From positions 3,407-67,406 of the forward strand of contig JAIXWW010000006.1 in NCBI GenBank assembly GCA_027491085.1: a stretch of 64,000 bases of DNA, in the 5' to 3' direction. Source of the stretch: Bacteroidota bacterium (GTDB lineage: Bacteria > Bacteroidota > Bacteroidia > UKL13-3). Made by a program: the position numbers and the translations under genes. The notes under the pieces are model-generated. The model saw only the letters and a program-made list of their open reading frames with translations. It was not told where the DNA came from and ran no database searches. Position 1 is the first letter of the stretch, and each line of letters begins with the position of its first letter. This document shows, piece after piece, positions 39,924 through 50,247 of the stretch.

Positions 39924-40318
39924 TATACTTTAGAATTTTCTTTATCGTTTGTTGTTTCTACTGAATTATTAGCAACCATGCTATCAACTATTAAAGTTAC
40001 ATGATTAGAACGTTTACGGATTCTATGTGCACGTCCTTGAGGAGCAGGTAAAACACGTTTCATCATTGCACCACCATCAACAAAAATAGTTTTTACATAT
40101 AATTCGTTGCTTTCAGCACGTGAACCTTCGTTTTTTTGTTCCCAATTTGCTATTGCACTGCGTAATAATTTTTCAACGCGGTGAGCACTTTCTTTTTTAT
40201 TATTGAAACGTAAAGTATTGAAGGCTTCTTCAACTCTTTTACCACGAATCAAATCTACAACTAACCTCATTTTACGAGGTGAAGTAGGACAATTATTTAA
40301 TTTTGCTACTGCTTCCAT
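39923..40318 (-). CDS. rplV: 50S ribosomal protein L22
   Basis: [15 protein letters not shown]. Confidence 0.98.
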   Translation of the reverse strand: MEAVAKLNNCPTSPRKMRLVVDLIRGKRVEEAFNTLRFNNKKESAHRVEKLLRSAIANWEQKNEGSRAESNELYVKTIFVDGGAMMKRVLPAPQGRAHRIRKRSNHVTLIVDSMVANNSVETTNDKENSKV

Positions 40319-40320
40319 TA

Positions 40321-40587
40321 TTAATCTTTCTTAACTGGATGTGATTTAAATGTACGTGTAGGAGCAAATTCACCTAGCTTATGACCAACCATATTTTCAG
40401 TAACATAAACAGGTATAAATTTATTGCCATTATGAACAGCAAATGTATGTCCTACGAATTCTGGAGATATCATTGATCTGCGACTCCAAGTTTTAATTAC
40501 AGATTTTTTCTTTGCCTCATTCATAGCATCAACCTTTTTTTCAAGTTTGAAATCAATGAAAGGACCTTTTTTTAGTGAACGAGCCAT
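40321..40587 (-). CDS. rpsS: 30S ribosomal protein S19
   Basis: [15 protein letters not shown]. Confidence 0.98.
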   Translation of the reverse strand: MARSLKKGPFIDFKLEKKVDAMNEAKKKSVIKTWSRRSMISPEFVGHTFAVHNGNKFIPVYVTENMVGHKLGEFAPTRTFKSHPVKKD

Positions 40588-40593
40588 ATTCTA

Positions 40594-41415
40594 TTACTTC
40601 TTACGCTTTTCGATGATAAATCTATTTGAATATTTTTTAGGTGTGCGGGTTTTGTAACCTTTTGATTTCATACCGTTACGAGAACGAGGATGACCTCCTG
40701 AAGCTCTACCTTCACCACCACCCATTGGATGATCAACTGGATTCATTGCAACCGGACGAGTACGTGGTCTAACACCTCTCCATCTATTTGCACCAGCTTT
40801 ACCTTTTCTTTCCAAGTTATGATCTGGATTTGAAACCTGACCAATAGTAGCTGAACAAGCAACTAAAATCATACGAGTTTCACCTGATGCTAACTTAATA
40901 ATCGCATAGCGACCATCTCTATTCAATAATTGAGCAAATGAACCTGCAGAGCGAACTAATTTTCCACCTCTACCTGGTAACATTTCAATATTATGAATTA
41001 AAGAACCCAATGGAATTTCAGATAATGGTAAGGTGTTACCAATTTCAGGTGGAGCACCAGCACCACTTTGAACTATCTGACCAACCTGAAGGTTTTTAGG
41101 AGATAAAATGTAACTTTTTTCACCATCAGCATATTGAATTAAAGCAATACGAGCTGAACGATTTGGATCGTACTCAATTGTTAAAACAGTAGCTTCACCT
41201 TGTTTAGTTCTTTTAAAATCAACTAATCTATATTTTCTTTTGTGACCTCCACCTACATAGCGAATAGTCATTTTACCAGTGTTATTTCTACCACCAGATT
41301 TCATTAACGATACTGTTAACGATTTTTCTGGACTTGAGGCGGTTAATTCCTCAAAAGTATTAGCAGACTTAAAACGTGTGCCTGGCGTTATCGGGTTAAA
41401 TTTTCTAATTCCCAT
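40594..41415 (-). CDS. rplB: 50S ribosomal protein L2
   Basis: [21 protein letters not shown]. Confidence 0.98.
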   Translation of the reverse strand: MGIRKFNPITPGTRFKSANTFEELTASSPEKSLTVSLMKSGGRNNTGKMTIRYVGGGHKRKYRLVDFKRTKQGEATVLTIEYDPNRSARIALIQYADGEKSYILSPKNLQVGQIVQSGAGAPPEIGNTLPLSEIPLGSLIHNIEMLPGRGGKLVRSAGSFAQLLNRDGRYAIIKLASGETRMILVACSATIGQVSNPDHNLERKGKAGANRWRGVRPRTRPVAMNPVDHPMGGGEGRASGGHPRSRNGMKSKGYKTRTPKKYSNRFIIEKRKK

Positions 41416-41423
41416 TTTGTTTA

Positions 41424-41714
41424 CTAAACGTTTTGGAAGAAGTCAATTTTTTGATCTTCTTTAAGTGTAACAATAGCTTTTTTGAAAGCTGTTCTTCTGC
41501 CAGAGAATTGACCTCTTTTAGTAGATCTAGTTTTATTTTTACCGGCATAAACCATTGTACTGATACCAGTAACGTTTACGCTGTAAATTTTTTCAATCTC
41601 GCTAATAATTTCAGGTTTAGTTGCTTTTTTTTCTACAATAAAAGCAAATTGATTTAATTTTTCGCTAAGACGACTGAATTTTTCAGTGATAAGTGGCTTT
41701 TTAAGTATACTCAT
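41424..41714 (-). CDS. rplW: 50S ribosomal protein L23
   Basis: PLITEK, KKAIVTL. Confidence 0.97.
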   Translation of the reverse strand: MSILKKPLITEKFSRLSEKLNQFAFIVEKKATKPEIISEIEKIYSVNVTGISTMVYAGKNKTRSTKRGQFSGRRTAFKKAIVTLKEDQKIDFFQNV

Positions 41715-42349
41715 TACTTATTTTTATTAAAAAGGTTATCAATAGCTCCTAACGAATTTTCTACTAAAATTACATTTTGAGCATCCAAAATTTCATAAGT
41801 ATTTACATCACCTACTGTTACAACCTTAGCTTTCGATAAATTGCGACTAGATTTGTAAATGAAATCGTTATAATCTGCCATTACTAATAATGTTTTAGCA
41901 TTATTTAACTTTAGATTATTTAAAACATTAACATAATTCTTAGTTTTAGCAGAATCAAAAACGAAATTCTCTAAAACAACAATGTTATTATTTTTAGCCT
42001 TGTAAGCAAAAGCTGACATTCTAGCTAATTGTTTTAATTTCTTATTTAACTTGAAACTATAGTTTCTAGGTTGTGGTCCAAATATACGAGCACCACCTAC
42101 TCTAGTTCCAGATTTTATACTACCCTTACGAGATCCACCAGTACCTTTTTGACGATGTAACTTTTTAGTAGAACCACTCACCATACTACGCTCTAGAGAA
42201 GAGTGAGTACCTTGGCGTTGGTTAGCTAAAAATTGTTTTACGTCTAAGTATATAGCATGGTCATTAGGTTCAATTCCAAAAACTTCTTTGCTAAGAACCA
42301 CTTTGCGGCCAGTATCAGCACCTTGTGTATTTAATATTGCTAATTCCAT
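41714..42349 (-). CDS. rplD: 50S ribosomal protein L4
   Basis: RQGT, QKGTG, FGPQPR; start set at ATG 42349 (MELA). Confidence 0.97.
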   Translation of the reverse strand: MELAILNTQGADTGRKVVLSKEVFGIEPNDHAIYLDVKQFLANQRQGTHSSLERSMVSGSTKKLHRQKGTGGSRKGSIKSGTRVGGARIFGPQPRNYSFKLNKKLKQLARMSAFAYKAKNNNIVVLENFVFDSAKTKNYVNVLNNLKLNNAKTLLVMADYNDFIYKSSRNLSKAKVVTVGDVNTYEILDAQNVILVENSLGAIDNLFNKNK

Positions 42350-42353
42350 CTGC

Positions 42354-42971
42354 TTATTTCTCCAATAATATAAATGAACCTTTAGCACCAGGAATAGATC
42401 CTTTAATTACCAAAAGATTCTGATCTTTCAACACTTTTAAAATTTGAAGATTGGTTTTCTTCACTCTATTACCACCCATTCTACCAGCCATTCTCATTCC
42501 TTTGAATACTTTTGAAGGGTCAGAAGATGCACCAATTGAACCTGGAGCTCTTTGACGATCATGCTGACCGTGTGTAGCCATACCAACACCACCAAAACCG
42601 TGACGTTTAACAACACCTTGAAAACCTTTTCCTTTTGAAGTTCCAACCACATCTACAAACTCTCCTGCTTCAAACAAATCAGCCATCAAAACATCACCTA
42701 AATTTAAAGGAGTTTCAAATCCTTTAAACTCAACTAACTTTCTTTTTGGAGTTGTATTAGCTTTTTTGAATATACCTTTTAACGCAGCGGGTGTATTTTT
42801 TTCTCTTGCTTCACCATACGCTAGTTGAATAGCACTGTATCCATCTGTTTCAACAGTTTTAACCTGAGTAACAACATTTGGACCAACTTCAATCACTGTA
42901 CAAGCTATTTGCTTGCCATCTTGGTTGAAGATGCTAGTCATTCCTATTTTTCTACCTATCAATCCTGACAT
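42354..42971 (-). CDS. rplC: 50S ribosomal protein L3
   Basis: KIGMT, GKGFQG, RAPGSIG, MAGRMG. Confidence 0.98.
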   Translation of the reverse strand: MSGLIGRKIGMTSIFNQDGKQIACTVIEVGPNVVTQVKTVETDGYSAIQLAYGEAREKNTPAALKGIFKKANTTPKRKLVEFKGFETPLNLGDVLMADLFEAGEFVDVVGTSKGKGFQGVVKRHGFGGVGMATHGQHDRQRAPGSIGASSDPSKVFKGMRMAGRMGGNRVKKTNLQILKVLKDQNLLVIKGSIPGAKGSFILLEK

Positions 42972-43005
42972 AATCTTATCTGTCTAAATTCTTTTAATTA
43001 ATTGA

Positions 43006-43314
43006 TCAAACTTTAATTTCAACATCAACACCACTTGGCAATTCAAGTTTCATAAGAGCATCTACAGTTTTTGCAGTACTGCTATATATGTCTAAAATTC
43101 TTTTGTAAGAACACAATTGAAACTGCTCTCTTGCCTTTTTATTTACGTGTGGCGAACGTAATACTGTATAAATTTTCTTTTGTGTTGGAAGTGGAATTGG
43201 ACCACTAACAATAGCACCAGTGCTTTTTACAGTCTTAACGATTTTTTCTGCTGACTTGTCAACTAGATTGTAATCGAAACTTTTTAACTTAATTCTTATT
43301 TTTTGGCTCACCAT
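43006..43314 (-). CDS. rpsJ: 30S ribosomal protein S10
   Basis: GPIPLPT, RSPHVNK..REQF. Confidence 0.98.
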   Translation of the reverse strand: MVSQKIRIKLKSFDYNLVDKSAEKIVKTVKSTGAIVSGPIPLPTQKKIYTVLRSPHVNKKAREQFQLCSYKRILDIYSSTAKTVDALMKLELPSGVDVEIKV

Positions 43315-43325
43315 TATTATTAAGC

Positions 43326-45422
43326 TTATGCTTTTCCGTTAATTTTTGCTAATATTTCTTCTTGAACATTTCTAGGGGCTTCAGTATAGTGACTGAATTC
43401 CATTGTAGAAGTAGCTCTTCCTGAAGACAAAGTTCTTAATTGGGTAACGTATCCAAACATTTCTGCTAAAGGTACTTTAGCTTTTACCACTTGAGAACCA
43501 GCTCTGCTATCCATTCCTTCTAATTGTCCACGTCTTCTATTTAAATCACCAATAACATCACCCATATTTTCTTCAGGGGTTAGTACCTCTAATTTCATAA
43601 TAGGTTCTAATAGAACTGGTTTAGCTTTTCTTGATGCTTCTTTGAAGCCCATTCTAGCTGCTAATTCAAATGATAATGAATCCGAATCTACTGCGTGGAA
43701 TGAACCATCAAATAAACGAACTTTTAAACTTTCAACAGCGTATCCAGCTAAAACTCCATTGTTCATTGCACCTTTGAATCCTTTTTCAACTGAAGGGATA
43801 AATTCTTTTGGAATAGCTCCACCAACAATCTCATTTACAAATTCTAAACCAACTTTATCTGGATCGCCAGGTATTAATTCGAATTGAATATCTGCAAATT
43901 TACCTCTACCACCTGATTGCTTTTTATAGCTTTCTCTGTGTGTAACAGGTACTGTAATAGTTTCTTTGTAAGATACTTGTGGAGCACCTTGATTAACTTC
44001 TACTTTAAACTCACGTCTTAAGCGATCTACGATGATTTCCAAATGTAATTCACCCATTCCAGAGATTACAGTTTGTCCAGTCTCTTCGTCAGTTTTTACT
44101 TTAAATGTAGGATCCTCTTCTGCTAATTTAGCCAAAGCCATACCTAATTTATCTGAATCGGCTTGAGTTTTAGGCTCAACCGCCAAACCAATAACTGGTT
44201 CAGGGAAATCCATAGACTCTAATACAATTGGGTGTTTTTCATCACACAAAGTATCACCAGTTTTTATATCTTTAAAACCAACAGCAGCTCCAATATCTCC
44301 TGCACCTAAGCTATCAATAGGGTTTTGCTTATTAGCATGCATTTGGAAGATACGAGATATACGCTCTTTGTTACCACTACGAGTATTTAAAACATAAGAA
44401 CCAGCATCTAATTTTCCAGAGTATGCACGCATGAATGCTAAACGACCAACAAATGGATCTGTAGCAATTTTAAATGCTAAAGCTGCAAAAGGTTCATCAT
44501 ATGAAGGTTTACGTTTTACCTCTTCATTTGTATCAGGATTTATACCTGTAACGCTTTGCTTATCCATAGGACTAGGTAATAATTCCATTACTAAGTCTAA
44601 CATGGTTTGAACACCTTTATTTTTGAAAGAAGAACCACATAACATTGGAACTATTTTCATATCAATAACAGCAGCACGTAAAGCATCTAATATTTCTCTT
44701 TCTGAAATACTAGTAGGATCTTCAAAGAATTTCTCCATTAGCTTATCGTCATATTCTGATACAGCTTCCAATAACTTTTCTCTCCACATTAGAGATTCTT
44801 CCATCATTTCTTCTGGAATTGGAATTTCTTGGAAAGTCATACCCTTATCGTGCTCATTCCAAATCATTCCACGGAAGTTGATTAAATCAACAACACCTTT
44901 GAAACTATCTTCAGCACCTATTGGTAATTGTAAAGGAACTGCATTGCTACCTAACATTTCTTTAACTTGTTTTACCACGTTTAAGAAGTCAGCACCAGAG
45001 CGGTCCATTTTGTTAACGAAGCCCAAACGAGCTACGTTATAATTATTAGCTAATCTCCAATTAGTTTCTGATTGAGGCTCAACACCATCAACAGCACTAA
45101 ATAAGAAAACTAAACCATCTAATACACGTAATTAACGATTTACCTCAACGGTAAAATCAACGTGACCAGGGGTATCAATAATATTGATTTGGTATTTATT
45201 ACCTCTGTATGCCCAAGGCACAGTAGTTGCAGCAGAAGTGATTGTTATTCCACGTTCAGCTTCTTGTACCATCCAATCCATTGTAGAAGCACCATCATGA
45301 ACTTCACCAATTTTATGGTTAACACCAGAATAGTATAATATACGCTCAGTTGTTGTAGTTTTACCTGCATCAATGTGAGCTGCAATTCCTATGTTTCTTG
45401 TTAGTTTTAGGTCGCGAGACAT
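43326..45422 (-). CDS. fusA: elongation factor G, one reading frame with an in-frame TAA at 45132-45134 (likely sequence error)
   Basis: [19 protein letters not shown]...VEVNR*LRVLDG...NKMD; 698 codons in a single frame. Confidence 0.93.
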
Positions 45423-45444
45423 TTTATTTTACTCTTTTAATTTA

Positions 45445-45915
45445 TTATGATAATTTAAAGTGAGAGAACGCTTTATTAGCATCAGCCATTTTGTGCGTGT
45501 CTTCTCTTTTCTTAACTGAAGCACCTTCGTTTTTTGAAGCAGCAATAATTTCAGCAGCCAATTTATCTGACATAGATTTTTCGCTACGTCTGCGGCTATA
45601 TAAAATTAACCATTTCATACCAACAGCTACTTTTCTATCAGCAGGAACTTCAATCGGAATTTGGAAAGTTGAACCTCCAACTCTTCTTGCTTTTACCTCT
45701 ACTGAAGGCATCACGTTATTTAATGCTTTTTTCCAAACATCGATACCGCGTTCTTGAAGTTTAGCTTCTACTTTATCTAATGCTTCGTAGAATATTGCGT
45801 AAGAAGTATTTTTCTTACCACTCCACATCATATTATTTACAAACCTTGTAACCAAAGTATCATTAAACTTTGGATCAGGTGTTAAAATGCGTTTTTTAGG
45901 TTTTGATTTTCTCAT
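45445..45915 (-). CDS. rpsG: 30S ribosomal protein S7
   Basis: RRVGGSTFQIP, HKMADANKAF. Confidence 0.98.
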   Translation of the reverse strand: MRKSKPKKRILTPDPKFNDTLVTRFVNNMMWSGKKNTSYAIFYEALDKVEAKLQERGIDVWKKALNNVMPSVEVKARRVGGSTFQIPIEVPADRKVAVGMKWLILYSRRRSEKSMSDKLAAEIIAASKNEGASVKKREDTHKMADANKAFSHFKLS

Positions 45916-45943
45916 TGTAATCTATTGCTTTTAGGCTTCTAAA

Positions 45944-46360
45944 TTATTTTTTCTTTTTGCCTTTGGCGTCTGCTGCAGGAGCTGCTCCTGGTTTAGGACG
46001 TTTAGTTCCATATTTAGAGCGTTGTTGTGTTCTACCTTCAACACCCGCAGTATCTAATGCACCACGAACAATGTGATATCTTACACCCGGTAAATCTTTA
46101 ACACGACCACCACGTACTAAAACGATAGAGTGTTCTTGTAAATTGTGACCTTCTCCAGGAATGTAAGCATTTACTTCGTTTCCGTTAGTTAAACGAACAC
46201 GAGCTACTTTACGCATTGCTGAATTTGGTTTCTTTGGCGTAGTAGTGTAAACACGAGTACAAACACCTCTACGTTGAGGACAGTTGTCTAGTGCTGGTGA
46301 TTTACTTTTAAAAACCACATCGGTACGACCTTTTCTAATAAGCTGTTGTATAGTTGGCAT
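45944..46360 (-). CDS. rpsL: 30S ribosomal protein S12
   Basis: [18 protein letters not shown]. Confidence 0.98.
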   Translation of the reverse strand: MPTIQQLIRKGRTDVVFKSKSPALDNCPQRRGVCTRVYTTTPKKPNSAMRKVARVRLTNGNEVNAYIPGEGHNLQEHSIVLVRGGRVKDLPGVRYHIVRGALDTAGVEGRTQQRSKYGTKRPKPGAAPAADAKGKKKK

Positions 46361-46397
46361 ATTAATTAAATTCTTATAACCTCTTTTTTAGGGGCTG

Positions 46398-46428
46398 CAA
46401 AGGTAGATGAATAATCTTGCAAAACAAA
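46398..46428 (-). promoter_or_regulatory. proximal str operon promoter
   Basis: TTTG-N19-TACCTTTG. Confidence 0.75.
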
Positions 46429-46545
46429 TGCGCAACAAAAAATATTTTAATAAAGAGCTAAAATACTATTTTGCTGAGCGGGTTGAATTGAAAAAACTAA
46501 CCATCAGACAATGCCGCTTGGGACTTTTCCCGTTTAAAGGGGGTG

Positions 46546-46575
46546 CAAATATAATTATCTTATTTACTAATACAA
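46546..46575 (-). promoter_or_regulatory. distal str operon (or sRNA) promoter
   Basis: TTG-N19-TATATTTG. Confidence 0.65.
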
Positions 46576-46638
46576 GTTTTATTGTGAGTTTTTTTTTATT
46601 TTGTTTTGAAAAACAGTCAATAACAAAAAAAATTGCAT

Positions 46639-46666
46639 AAAAAAACCGCAACTATAGCTGCGGTTC
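46639..46666 (-). terminator. intrinsic terminator of the TerB-like gene
   Basis: AACCGCA/TGCGGTT stem with an A-tract on +. Confidence 0.7.
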
Positions 46667-46690
46667 TGGTTTTTTAAATTATTTATAATA

Positions 46691-47032
46691 TTACTCTAAG
46701 CCCCACGAATCATATAATGTATTTATGAACTTATTTTCTTGGTTCTCCATTTTTTTTTTTTTTTTACAAATTTTCATAGCAAATTGTAGCAGTTTATTTC
46801 TTTCACTATTTGTGCTAAGTTTGAAGAAATGTTCAGCAATTTCAATAAAATGCGGCATTATTTCGCTTAAGGGGAAGGCTCTTAAAAAGGCTTGTTCCTT
46901 AATTAAATCGATTGGTTGTTTATAATTTCTTTCCAAAAAATCTAATAGTACATGTCCTTCAGCTTTTTCTATTTTACCATCAGCTTTTGATAATATCATT
47001 AATAAATGAAAACCGGCCTCAGTCTTGTTCAT
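46691..47032 (-). CDS. TerB-family (tellurite-resistance-like) protein
   Basis: LMILSKADG.I...E motif; the second ADxx repeat position is occupied by an A16-encoded KKKKK; start set at MNKTE. Confidence 0.65.
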   Translation of the reverse strand: MNKTEAGFHLLMILSKADGKIEKAEGHVLLDFLERNYKQPIDLIKEQAFLRAFPLSEIMPHFIEIAEHFFKLSTNSERNKLLQFAMKICKKKKKMENQENKFINTLYDSWGLE

Positions 47033-47180
47033 TTTATTTATAAAGTGGGTAGGCATATTGAGTGAGTTAATTTTTAGTGAAAATAAAAATTATTTTGACA
47101 ATTGCAAAATAATTTAAACTTTTTATCGAAAATTTTAAAAAGCAAAATATTTGACAAACCTGAATTAAAACTATTAGTTT

Positions 47181-47630
47181 TTAAATCAATTGTTTAGTAT
47201 GAGCTTTGGTATCTACCTTTTCAATTACTTTTTCAATTATTCCTTTTTCATTTATAACAAAAGTACTGCGCAAAATGCCCATATAGGTTTTACCATACAT
47301 ACTTTTTTCACCCCAAGCACCATAAGCTTCGGCTACTTCGTGGTCAATATCGGCCAATAAACTAAAAGGAAGTTCATATTTGGCTATAAACTTTACATGC
47401 GATTTTTCTGTATCCGGACTAACTCCAAGTATTTCGTAACCTTGAGCTTGAAAAGTGTGGTAGTTATCTCTTAAATCACAAGCTTCTGCAGTACAGCCAG
47501 GAGTTGAATCTTTAGGATAAAAATATAAAACCAATTTTTTGCCTTTATAATCGGATAATGAAACCTTCTCTCCTTTTTCGTTGGTACTTGTAAATGCTGG
47601 GGCTTTATCGCCTATTGTTAGTTTAGTCAT
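47181..47630 (-). CDS. bcp: thioredoxin-dependent thiol peroxidase BCP
   Basis: YFYPKDSTPGCTAEAC. Confidence 0.95.
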   Translation of the reverse strand: MTKLTIGDKAPAFTSTNEKGEKVSLSDYKGKKLVLYFYPKDSTPGCTAEACDLRDNYHTFQAQGYEILGVSPDTEKSHVKFIAKYELPFSLLADIDHEVAEAYGAWGEKSMYGKTYMGILRSTFVINEKGIIEKVIEKVDTKAHTKQLI

Positions 47631-47635
47631 ATATT

Positions 47636-47718
47636 TAAGTTCTTAGTTTTTATTACTTAGTTCTCAGTTGCTGCGCTTTTCAAAGCATTAGCTGTTGTTT
47701 GCTGAGCTTGTCGAAGCA
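47636..47718. repeat. degenerate heptamer array plus a REP-like half site
   Basis: TCTTAGT TTTTATT ACTTAGT TCTCAGT; GCTGAGCTTGTCGAAGC at 47701. Confidence 0.5.
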
Positions 47719-47727
47719 TTAATTTTA

Positions 47728-49545
47728 TTATTCAAAAGCAATTGGTATGGTAAAAGTTTTTTCTGCCACATTTCCTTTTTTATCAGTAACACGAATAAGT
47801 ACTTCTGGTTTTATAATAGCCGTGTTTTTTAGTTTACTATCCTTATTTTGAGCTACTAAATTATACCAAATTTTATCGAAATGATAGGTAAGCATATTGC
47901 TTTTAGCATCAAAATCTAATAAAATCCACTCACCGTTAAGGTAACCTTCATATTTACCAATTCCGCTAAAATTATCCTTTATTTCAAAATAAAAATGTAG
48001 GCTATCACTTAAAGCTTCCTCAGTATTAATAAATACTTGCTTTATGCTTGGTGCTATGGTATCAATCGTAACAAAATAATGTCCAAAATTACTTGCTTTT
48101 CCCTTTACCACTCCCCCATCATAATTTCCACCAGCACTTCTAAAATCTTTTCTATCTTTAAAATAATAAGCCAAAAGTAACTTGCTTTGATATTTTAGAT
48201 AACCACTGAAAGGTTTGATTGCAATATCTGCCGCTTTGTGAAGTGATGCAGTTGGGTTGAATACTTGATAGATTTTGCTTAATGCGGGCTCTTGGATAGA
48301 TTTTAATAAGCCAAAATCATAAAACACAGTATCATCAACAGATTTAGCATCCAATTCAAACAAAAATTCCTTTGTTTTGATGGTATTCTTTTTTAATGGA
48401 TAAAAAGCCTTTTTAGGTTTGATTGACTTTAAATAATCTTGCTTTTCCTTATCCATTTTACTAGTTAAACCAACAATTGGAATTAGTAGTATAAATTTAT
48501 TTTGGTTAAAATCTTTTACTTCAAAAGCCAATGTATCGCGCATGTTTTTTGTTACTAAAATTTTTCCCTTTAAAACATTGGTTTGATAAGTACTAAATTC
48601 ATTTCCATCATCTACAAAACACTTCTGAACTCGGGTTTTTGCGGCTTTGTAAAACGGATAATCAATATGCGCATTAATATACTTGCTTTCATCAAAAGCA
48701 AATTGATTTAAGGTATGGCTAAATGCAAGTTTATTTTGGCTTTTTAAACTATATTCATAAATTCCTTTTTCATCGGTAGGATTGTGAATATAATCGTAAG
48801 CTTCAATGCCAAAACCATACATTTCTGCTGGTAATTCAAGTACTTTTTTATAAATAAATTGATTTGGAAAATTGGTTGGAATAATGGTTTGGTGGTTGAT
48901 TTTTAGCTCTTGTTTTAGTAGAAGTCCGTCTGGAACAAAATTATAAACAAACACATTTTTTATGATGGGATTTAAGGTATCAAAAGGTATAATTCCAAAT
49001 AAAGCAGGATTGATAATTTTTTCGGATTTAGTGTTTCTTATTTCAAAATGAACATGCGGACCAGAACTCCCACCACTATTACCACTTAAGCCAATGGTAT
49101 CGCCTTTTCTTACCAATAAAATAGTTTTTTCAAATACATAATCAAACTCAAAAGTTTGGTTTTTATACTGATAATTTTGAATCCACTCGGCTATTTTTCC
49201 TGAGTATTTTTGCAAATGTCCATAAACGGTGGTGTACCCATTTGGATGATCTAAATAAATGGCTTTGCCATAGCCAATGCTTTGAATTTTTATACGCGAA
49301 ACATAACCATCCGCACTAGCAAATACAGGTAAACCCTCGCGCTGATTAGTACGTAAGTCCATTCCACTATGAAAATGATTATCTCGCAAACCACCAAAAG
49401 GCGAAACCAAACTTGGCAATGAATCTAGCGGATAACGAAAATAATTTTGCGGATAATTTTGTGCATTTGTTTTAATTGTAAAAGCCGTAAAAACAATTAA
49501 TAAAATTAATCTCCATTTTAACATATAAAATAAATTGAACCACAT
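47728..49545 (-). CDS. M23 family metallopeptidase
   Basis: HFHSGMD, YGHL, SGPHVHFEIR. Confidence 0.92.
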   Translation of the reverse strand: MWFNLFYMLKWRLILLIVFTAFTIKTNAQNYPQNYFRYPLDSLPSLVSPFGGLRDNHFHSGMDLRTNQREGLPVFASADGYVSRIKIQSIGYGKAIYLDHPNGYTTVYGHLQKYSGKIAEWIQNYQYKNQTFEFDYVFEKTILLVRKGDTIGLSGNSGGSSGPHVHFEIRNTKSEKIINPALFGIIPFDTLNPIIKNVFVYNFVPDGLLLKQELKINHQTIIPTNFPNQFIYKKVLELPAEMYGFGIEAYDYIHNPTDEKGIYEYSLKSQNKLAFSHTLNQFAFDESKYINAHIDYPFYKAAKTRVQKCFVDDGNEFSTYQTNVLKGKILVTKNMRDTLAFEVKDFNQNKFILLIPIVGLTSKMDKEKQDYLKSIKPKKAFYPLKKNTIKTKEFLFELDAKSVDDTVFYDFGLLKSIQEPALSKIYQVFNPTASLHKAADIAIKPFSGYLKYQSKLLLAYYFKDRKDFRSAGGNYDGGVVKGKASNFGHYFVTIDTIAPSIKQVFINTEEALSDSLHFYFEIKDNFSGIGKYEGYLNGEWILLDFDAKSNMLTYHFDKIWYNLVAQNKDSKLKNTAIIKPEVLIRVTDKKGNVAEKTFTIPIAFE

Positions 49546-49584
49546 AGATACATAGAAAACATAGCATTTAATAAAAAATTAAAT

Positions 49585-50193
49585 TTATTTTACATCACAA
49601 GTAAGCATTAAATCATTGCCAATAAAACCTTCTAGCTTATCGCCAATATTAACTTGACTAACACCTGCTGGAGTGCCGGTATAAATTAAATCGCCCACTT
49701 TTAAAGTAAAATATTGCGATACAAAACTTACAATTTGTTCAAAAGAAAATATCATTTGAGCGGTGTTTCCTTTTTGCACCACCTGACCATTTTTTTGTAA
49801 ACTAAAATCAATATTTTTTAAATCCATGTTTTCAATATTGATAAAATTACCAATTGGAGCTGAACCATCAAATGCTTTGGCCAATTCCCATGGTAGACCT
49901 TTTGATTTCAGTTCTGACTGTACATCGCGGGCAGTAAAATCAATGCCTAAGGCAATTTCTGAAAAATAATTGCGGGCAAATTTTTCCTGAATTTTTTTTC
50001 CCACTTTATTAATTTTTATAACCAATTCCACCTCATGGTGCACATCGTTACTAAAACTTGGTAAATAAAAAGCTTCATTATTTTTAAGCAAAGCAGTATC
50101 AGGCTTACTAAATATTACTGGATTTTCAGGAACAGCATTACCCAATTCCTTAGCATGTTCGCTATAATTACGGCCTACACAAAGTATTTTCAT
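49585..50193 (-). CDS. fumarylacetoacetate hydrolase family protein
   Basis: GRNYSEH, HHEVEL, DFTARD, TGTP. Confidence 0.93.
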   Translation of the reverse strand: MKILCVGRNYSEHAKELGNAVPENPVIFSKPDTALLKNNEAFYLPSFSNDVHHEVELVIKINKVGKKIQEKFARNYFSEIALGIDFTARDVQSELKSKGLPWELAKAFDGSAPIGNFINIENMDLKNIDFSLQKNGQVVQKGNTAQMIFSFEQIVSFVSQYFTLKVGDLIYTGTPAGVSQVNIGDKLEGFIGNDLMLTCDVK

Positions 50194-50247
50194 TTATTAA
50201 AAGTATCAATTTTTGCTGCGAATATATTTTTATATTGAATAAAATGA

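Noticed and set aside
45132-45134. Stop-codon reassignment (alternative genetic code)
   Set aside because: TAA, TAG and TGA all terminate other genes normally; this is a single isolated case
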